This document shows positions 56,789-64,000 of a stretch of 64,000 nt of DNA, in pieces. Each line of letters opens with the position of its first letter. The first letter of the stretch is position 1. Made by a program: the position numbers and the translations under genes. This stretch comes from Macrostomum lignano. Its lineage: Eukaryota. The notes beneath the pieces were generated by a model. The model had not been told where the DNA came from. It did not search any database and saw only the letters and a list, made by a program, of their open reading frames with translations. The stretch spans positions 62,001 through 126,000 of the forward strand of contig NIVC01000692.1 of NCBI GenBank assembly GCA_002269645.1. Direction: 5' to 3'.

Positions 56789-57516
56789 CCTCTGCGCAAA
56801 GTCGCTCCCTCCCCAATGAAAGGCTTTGCCACATCGATAAAAAAGCAGTTAGCTCAGATTTGCGTCATCCGATTCCCCCAGAACCCGCCCATGCACCACT
56901 ACTAGCGGTCAAATCTATTTTAACGAGCGAATCAGTTGTACTGGGCTCGTGTTAATTAACCGGCCGTCAGGAACTCGCAGCCACTCCCCCTCCACAACGC
57001 AGCGCTGGGCCAAGGAGTCCTTAGAAGGAGCGCTTGGATCGGTAAGGCTTATCTCTGTTCTTGGCTTTTTTCCGGAATTTTCCCTAAAATTTCCAAGCTG
57101 TTGGTACACATGCGATCTGCAAGTCTGGCATTCTGGCTTGTATTATTAGGAATCTTTAGTCGGGTAGGAGGGGGTTGTTCAACTTTGTACAGAAAAAATT
57201 CTGCCTCTCCAAGTTTTATCTCTGGAGTCCCCTAGCCGGATTGAAATCAATCCCGATTCACGGCCGCTGACGCACGACTGACACGAGATATTCTTAGATT
57301 AACAAGCCCGCTGCACTGGGCCATCTGTCTGGAATGCAGGCCAGCGACAGTCCTCTAAATTAGAGGGGGTTGAGAAAAGGATTTCACGAAATTAAGCTAC
57401 ACGTCCATTGCGTAGAGAATCTCTGCACCCCAACTCACCTGACAAAAATTGCATCTCAAGAACTTCCTCACTGGAAGGGGCGCTCACCTGATGAGACATT
57501 TGGACTAAATGAAATG

Positions 57517-57757
57517 CCAGACCCAGGAATCCCCTACTGATTCGCCAGAACCAGGAATCCCACACTGAGAAATCGCCAGAACCAGGAATCCCCTACTGAG
57601 AAATCGCCAGACCCAGGAAATCCCCCACAGAGAAATCGCCAGACCCAGGAATCCCCTACTGAGAAATTGCCAGACCTAGGAATCCCCCACAGAGAAATCG
57701 CCAGACCCAGGAATCCCCTACTGAGAAATCGCTCGACCCAGGAATCCCCTACTGGGA
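57517..57757. repeat. 31-32-bp tandem repeat (cgccagacccaggaatcccctactgagaaat), ~7-8 copies
   Basis: Direct reading. Confidence 0.88.
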
Positions 57758-58744
57758 AACTCACCTAAACCCAGGGTTTCTTCACAACGAGAATCCCCAA
57801 CTAATAACAAATTATTCTGTGTGATTATTGCTTAGGCCGATATTCAAAGCTTCCTGAATCAATTATTTAGGGCCAGACCAAATTTGTATGTTTTCAACGA
57901 TTAATTAATTCCCATTTCAATCACCTTATTTCCTTTACTCCCCGTTAGGTGGGCGGATAAGTGTACTTCACTCTCTTCTCTGCCCACAAGAGTAGCCTAT
58001 TTGACTGGAGAGTCCCGACCGCTCACATCTTCCCCTGCCTCCCCTTCCACTGGCGAATCCCTATTGTGGAATATCACAAGCTAGTCCATTTGCATGCATA
58101 GATATGTAAATGGCAGGGGCGGCCCGGGGAGGTGCACGGCATGCTAAAAATAGCACACGGGAATCCAATAGCCATATTTGGCCGCCGAGAATCAGCCCAG
58201 CGAATCAGCGGGCAGCTTACCCCAGGGAAGCCCCTGCTCCTCTTAACCAATTCCACACACTTTTGAAGGGTTTCAGCCTATATAAAACCGTGACTAGAAT
58301 TGGCAGGAGAATCCACCGATTTAGAGACGAGCCCCGCTCCCAGTTGCAGACCGAAGACGCCCGAGCCAAGGGCCGAACGGAAAAGACATTCAATGCGCCA
58401 ATAATGCGTGATATTGAACCTGTTTTAAGCTCACTGCTAAAGCTTCTAAGGCCCGGCATGCCGAAGGTTGTGCCAGATCAGTGGCGCAAATTTCAACACG
58501 ACGATTTGTTGAAACAATTAGCCGAAGATAATCCGGTAAGAGTTTATCCTGATTTAATATCTGCTTTTTGGCAACTTGAGACAACGAGGCGGGTGTTTCC
58601 CTAGCAACCCGTGTAATCCCAATCCCGCAGATCGCTTATTCGCCGCATCGCGACAGGCCAGCAGCCGAGCGCAGGAGCCTGATGCACCAGGAGCTGCGGG
58701 AAGGCTTCATCACTGTGGTGAGCTGCTAGCGACCCCCTGCTTGC

Positions 58745-59410
58745 TTGGCCTCCCTATTCTTGAGTACGAGCGCAGTTCTGGCCGCTTGGCTTGAGTACGA
58801 GCGCAGTTCTGGCCGCTTGGCTTGAGTACGAGCGCAGTTCTGGCCGCTTGGCTTGAGTACGAGCGCAGTTCTGGCCGCTTGGCCTCCCTATTCTTGAGTA
58901 CGAGCGCAGTTCTGGCCGCTTGGCCTCCCTATTCTTGAGTACGAGCGCAGTTCTGGCCGCTTGGCCTCCCTATTCTTGAGTACGAGCGCAGTTCTGGCCG
59001 CTTGGCCTCCCTATTCTTGAGTACGAGCGCAGTTCTGGCCGCTTGGCCTCCCTATTCTTGAGTACGAGCGCAGTTCTGGCCGCTTGGCCTCCCTATTCTT
59101 GAATACGAGCGCAGTTCTGGCCGCTTGGCCTCCCTATTCTTGAATACGAGCGCAGTTCTGGCCGCTTGGCCTCCCTATTCTTGAATACGAGCGCAGTTCT
59201 GGCCGCTTGGCCTCCCTATTCTTGAATACGAGCGCAGTTCTGGCCGCTTGGCCTCCCTATTCTTGAATACGAGCGCAGTTCTGGCCGCTTGGCCTCCCAA
59301 TTCTTGAATACGAGTGCAGTTCTGGCCGCTTGGCCTCCCAATTCTTGAATACGAGCGCAGTTCTGGCCGCTTGGCCTCCCTATTCTTGAATACGAGCGCA
59401 GTTCTGGCCG
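58745..59410. repeat. 41-bp tandem repeat with 31-bp deletion variants (cttggcctccctattcttgagtacgagcgcagttctggccg), ~17 copies
   Basis: Direct reading. Confidence 0.92.
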
Positions 59411-60408
59411 CTCCACACGCCTACAAGTTACGGATAAGAATAGGGCCGAGAAGTACAGATTGATATTGCAACGGAGGGGCAAAAATAGCACAGCTAATGT
59501 CGTACCATACAGGCTTGAGGAACAGGAAATGGAAGGAATCTACGCGGCTGTATGTACGCGGCCGGGAAAAATGTCATGTTCTTGTTGCCAGGCCAACTGT
59601 CGCTATAAAGCAATGTTTCTATTGACAGAGCCCACGCACTGTGTGTGCTGTTCAGTTCAATACAGTAGTATAGCATTTCTGATCAACCATTGGCAAATTT
59701 GATCTCCCTGTGTTGTGCTTGTTTTGATCTCTCTGAGTACAGCGAGACTAGCTGCGATAAACAATAGGCTCCAGTTTTTTTATAGAAATCAGTGCTCGAA
59801 GAAGCTGGCAGGTGTCTATTTTGAGCTCAAACAGCAGATTCCGACGTCTATTTTGGGAGTCGATTCTCCCCAGCTCCAGTATACAGTTTACAGCTAATGG
59901 TATTGGGCCTCCCCATTCAGCGATTCTCTCTCGTCGGCTTTGCAATTTTTTACATTCCCGATCGTGCTCATGGGAAATTTAGGGCCGCCCGGTAATGAAA
60001 GAATGGAACCCGGGGGGGGGGTTGTTTTATTATGCCTGCCTGGCTTAATGGGACAGATTTCCAAAACAAATTATCAAGGAATTATTAATAGGGATCGTTG
60101 CACAAAAAGTGCGCCCAGTTACTTTTTTTTAGCTCGTCTATTTCTGTTCATAAGGAGGCTATCGCTCCTGTTCTCCCGCTTCTCTAAAAATCCTTCGCAA
60201 AGTCTGGCTAAATAGAGGGCACGCGAGGTCGCTTCTAAAACGGCATTTCTTTAACTAAATATGGCCCGCGAGATGAAGCTGCAGGTCCCGCAGCATCCCC
60301 CGGTTGGAGCTGGTTTCTCAGAAAAGGGCGACTAAAAATAGCCAAAACACTGCATAGTCGACAAACCGCTAAGGGGGGCTGCGGCTCGTCTCTCGTATCC
60401 TTTCGCCT

Positions 60409-60556
<148 letters not shown>

Positions 60557-60947
60557 CAAGGCCTCGTCGAGGAATCCCGACTCCTTACGGAGTGGCAGAA
60601 GTGCATACTGCACAGGATTAGGTCGCTGGAAGAGTGGGAGTATCTGCAGGCAGGGGAAGGGGGTAGGTTTTATCCCCCCAGTCTAAAAATATCCCAAAGC
60701 CTAATTTAGCCCGCGGGGAGGGGACGCGGGTTCCATTCCCGCACGCCTATAAGTACATACTGTGCATTGAGAACTTTCGGAGAGACAAGTTAACCCCCTT
60801 GACTCTAAAATGAATCTAAAAAAAGCTTTGATCCGAGATCGTTTTACAACGCCCTTGATGTCTAGCGGCTTCTAAGTTGTATTAGATGAATTCTTAATAT
60901 ATAGGATCTCTCATAGGAATCTCGTGCGACGTCACGCATGCCCGCAG

Positions 60948-61067
60948 GCCGTGTGCAACATGGGGCTGACTCTGCGGCTCGTGTTCGACTCCACGCCGTG
61001 GACGCCCAAGCCGAACGGGCAGCGCCAGGTCACGTCCGAGGAGGTGCGCCTCGACAATAGCGGACGG
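60948..61067 (+). CDS. Isolated candidate coding exon of an unidentified gene
   Basis: ccgcag|GCC...CGG|gtgagt, 120 nt, GC3-rich like the host genes: AVCNMGLTLRLVFDSTPWTPKPNGQRQVTSEEVRLDNSGR; the ATG is in a good context (aacATGg). Family not recognised. Confidence 0.45.
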
Positions 61068-61224
61068 GTGAGTTCGAATGCGAGTACTTTTAAAGTGCAG
61101 CTAATTGATTTGTGCGGCGGCCGGGATTGGCTTGGGGCTTAATGAGGGGAATCCATTGTTTCAGTTGTGAGCTAGCGAGACTTCTGTTGGGTTTGTGGCG
61201 TTTTCTCGTCCTGTCCGTTGATCA

Positions 61225-62402
61225 GGGAGTCAGACCGCGAAGAGTCAAACTGGGGAAAGTCAGATCAGGGGTGTCAGATCAGGGGTGTCAGATCAGGGGT
61301 GTCAGATCAGGGGTGTCAGATCAGGGGTGACAAATTAGGGGGAATCAGACGAGGGGAGCGGGGGAGTCAGACGGGGGGAGTCAGACCGGGGGAGTCAGAC
61401 TGTGAAAGTCAGATCAGGGGGGCCAGACGGGGGAGTCAGACGGGGGAGTCAGACAGGGAGTCCGACGGTGGAGTCAGACGGGGGAGTCAGACGGGGGCAG
61501 TCAGACAGGGAGTCAGACGGGGGAATCAGACGGGGGAGTCAGACGGGGAGTCAGACGGGGGGAGTCAGATGGGGGAGTCAGACGGCGGAGTCAGACGGGG
61601 GAGTCAGACGGGGGAGTCAGACGGGGGAGTCAGACGGGGGAGTCAGACGGGGGAGTCAGACGGCGGAGTCAGACGGGGGGAGTCAGACGGGGGAGTCAGA
61701 CGGGGGAGTCAGACGGGGGGAGTCAGACAGGGAGTCAGACGGGGGGAGTCAGACGGGGGAATCAGACGGGGGAGTCAGACGGGGGAGTCAGATGGGGGGA
61801 GTCAGACGGGGGAGTCAGACGGGGGGAGTCAGACGGGGAGTCAGACGGGGAGTCAGACGGGGGAGTCAGACGGGGGAGTCAGACGGGGGAGTCAGACGGG
61901 GGAGTCAGACGGGGGGAGTCAGACGGGGGGAGTCAGACGGCGGAGTCAGACGGGGGGAGTCAGACGGGGGAGTCAGACGGGGGAGTCAGACGGGGGGAGT
62001 CAGACGGGGAGTCAGACGGCGGAGTCAGACGGGGGAGTCAGACGGGGGAGTCAGACGGGGGAGTCAGACGGGGGGAGTCAGACAGGGAGTCAGACGGGGG
62101 AGTCAGACGGGGGGAATCAGACGGGGGAGTCAGACGGGGGGAGTCAGATGGGGGGAGTCAGACGGGGGAGTCAGACGGGGGGAGTCAGACGGGGGAGTCA
62201 GACGGGGGAGTCAGACGGGGGAGTCAGACGGGGGAGTCAGACGGGGAGTCAGACGGGGAGTCAGACGGGGGGAGTCAGACGGGGGAGTCAGACGGGGGAG
62301 TCAGACGGGGGAGTCAGACGGGAGGAGTCAGACGGGGGGAGTCAGACGGGGGAGTCAGACGGGGGAGTCAGACGGGGGAGCCAGACGGGGGGAGTCAGAT
62401 CA
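61225..62402. repeat. G-rich 13-15-bp minisatellite (g4-6agtcagac)n preceded by 14-bp (tcagatcaggggtg) units
   Basis: Direct reading. Confidence 0.95.
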
Positions 62403-64000
62403 GATGGAGAGAGTTAGACCGGGATAGGAGAGTAGAAAAATAAAAATTTCAAGAATTTCCAAACGAGCCGCACTCTCCAGCTTGACTGTTTTCGTGAGTG
62501 CAATATCCGCCAGACTTGTTTACCACCAAACAGGGCATAAAGAGGTCCAGTCCGATTTCGCTATTGTGCACTTTCAAGCCCCCAGAAGTTGTCAGCTGAG
62601 TGAGTCACTTCCAATAGATCACTGACACAGGCCACAGAGACGAAGAAGCAAATCTGTTCCCGCAACTCTCTCTTTCACACCTGTCAGTTCTGGCCCTATT
62701 CTTGACGCTTTGTCTCAGCTGGTCGATCCCGAGTCCCCCCCGCCCACGCAGCTGCGCCCAGGCCGGTGCTAAACCTAAATAACCCCTGTAAGACCCTAGA
62801 AACAGAAAAGCTCATTAAGAATTCGGGATGAAAGAATAATCAATGGGGAAATAGGAAGGGTCAGGGCGGGCTCAGAGAGGTAAGGGAGGGGGGGGCGAGA
62901 GGCGGTCGCAGATGTTTCGTCTGTGATCGGAGGGTAGGTGTTGTCAGGCAAGCCAATGTTAGTCTAATATTTTTACCGTTGTTTTCTCGATCCACTTCAG
63001 TTTTGGCTTCTGAACAACTTCGTTAGAGTACTACAAATGAAGGCTTTAGGCTTTAGCGGATAAATAGGATCTTTATTGCACTGAGGCGCCTGGAAAGGTC
63101 AATCAAAGCCAATAGGGTCCACTCTATCCCAAAAGCCCAAACCACGGATATTCAGCGCTCACCTCAACGGAGTGCCAATGTGGTGTCAGAGATGCCTAAA
63201 TCCGTGTCCTGATCGCCACTGACGCATCATCTCCTTAAATAAAAAATCCACTAACAAAATGTACGAGTTGCTAATCACTTGTAGGACTTAGCAGAGGTTA
63301 GCCAGGGGAAAGAGTTTAGGAAGTGCTAATTGCACTGCATGTATCGTGCTCTGTGTACTCCCTAAGCTCGACTACTTACCGGTGAAACTTTTGGTCAGGA
63401 AATTGCCAAGTCATAAAGGCCAAGTCATACGCACGCCAGTCTAACGGGGTTGGGGTGCCCCTGGCGTCATGTTTGCACTCAGCCCAGGCGTGGGTGTATA
63501 AGTTTAGAAGACAAAAGGGTTCAGTTTTCGGTCCCCCGGAAAAGCCCTGTGTCCTCGGCCTTCGAATTATTGTTTAGTCATATTTATTGTGCGAGACCGT
63601 CAGTACACTTTAGGTACGATTTTTTTTCGGCAACATTTCTTTATATCATTCTCTGTATAAATTCTTCTCAAGACTTCTGACTGCGCTAGGAATTTCCCGA
63701 CTAATGTGAATCATTGTGTAATACAATTATTACAATGTGAAGTTTATTGCATTGAACTGCTATACTACTATTCCCCAACCCAACTGAAAAGCCGCTTGTA
63801 AGGCCTTGCCTATATTTAACTCATCTGCCAGTGTTCCTATCGGCAACATCAAAGAAAACACGGGAGGATAACAATAACTGACCCAAGCAAGCACCTGACC
63901 TCGCATGGGCTGCACTCATAATCCAACCAGCCCATGATTTGTCGCAGTCTCTATCCTACACAATACAAATACGAGGCTGACCTGGAGAGTAATAAAATCA

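Noticed and set aside
57485-57525. Hammerhead ribozyme (ctgatga...gaaa)
   Set aside because: Stem II closure is wrong and no stem I/III pairing or cleavage triplet could be built.
58110-58604. 164-aa ORF as a BEL/Pao retrotransposon fragment
   Set aside because: Only a vague FSxxxxxxRIxxxIxRF resemblance, with no RT/RNase H/integrase motif or LTR. Left unassigned.

Overview
Eukaryotic (metazoan) genomic DNA. About one third of it is mini/microsatellite (about 25 arrays, roughly 20 kb by my hand count), with small GC-rich spliced genes between the arrays. The EF-hand+dynein-light-chain (TAL) gene indicates a flatworm, and the overall style suggests the free-living Macrostomum (inference). I reconstructed six multi-exon genes by hand with canonical, phase-consistent splice sites: an NK1/Slouch homeobox gene (+), a tegument-allergen-like EF-hand/DLC protein (-), an NPY/NPF-type GPCR (+), a two-domain GAPR-1/group-2 VAL CAP protein (+), a phospholipid scramblase (-; one apparent 1-nt frameshift) and TMEM26 (-). 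There is also an orphan exon near 61 kb. Mobile DNA comprises a tRNA-derived SINE family (6 copies), a 5'-truncated RTE-like LINE with a Merlin (IS1016-like) element nested in its RT domain, and a probable MITE. Four signals stand out. (1) A sharply bounded 3.5-kb CpG desert lies over the nested TEs, with CpG and apparently also CpA-type C>T decay (methylation/RIP-like). (2) Tandem repeats have amplified splice signals: 15 copies of acceptor+start codon in the VAL gene and 14 tandem GT donors in the GPCR. (3) An inverted minisatellite is shared between introns. (4) A 19/20 match to the 5' part of the Macrostomum spliced leader, recalled from memory. No CRISPR, rRNA or intact tRNA gene is supported. 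All counts were made by eye.
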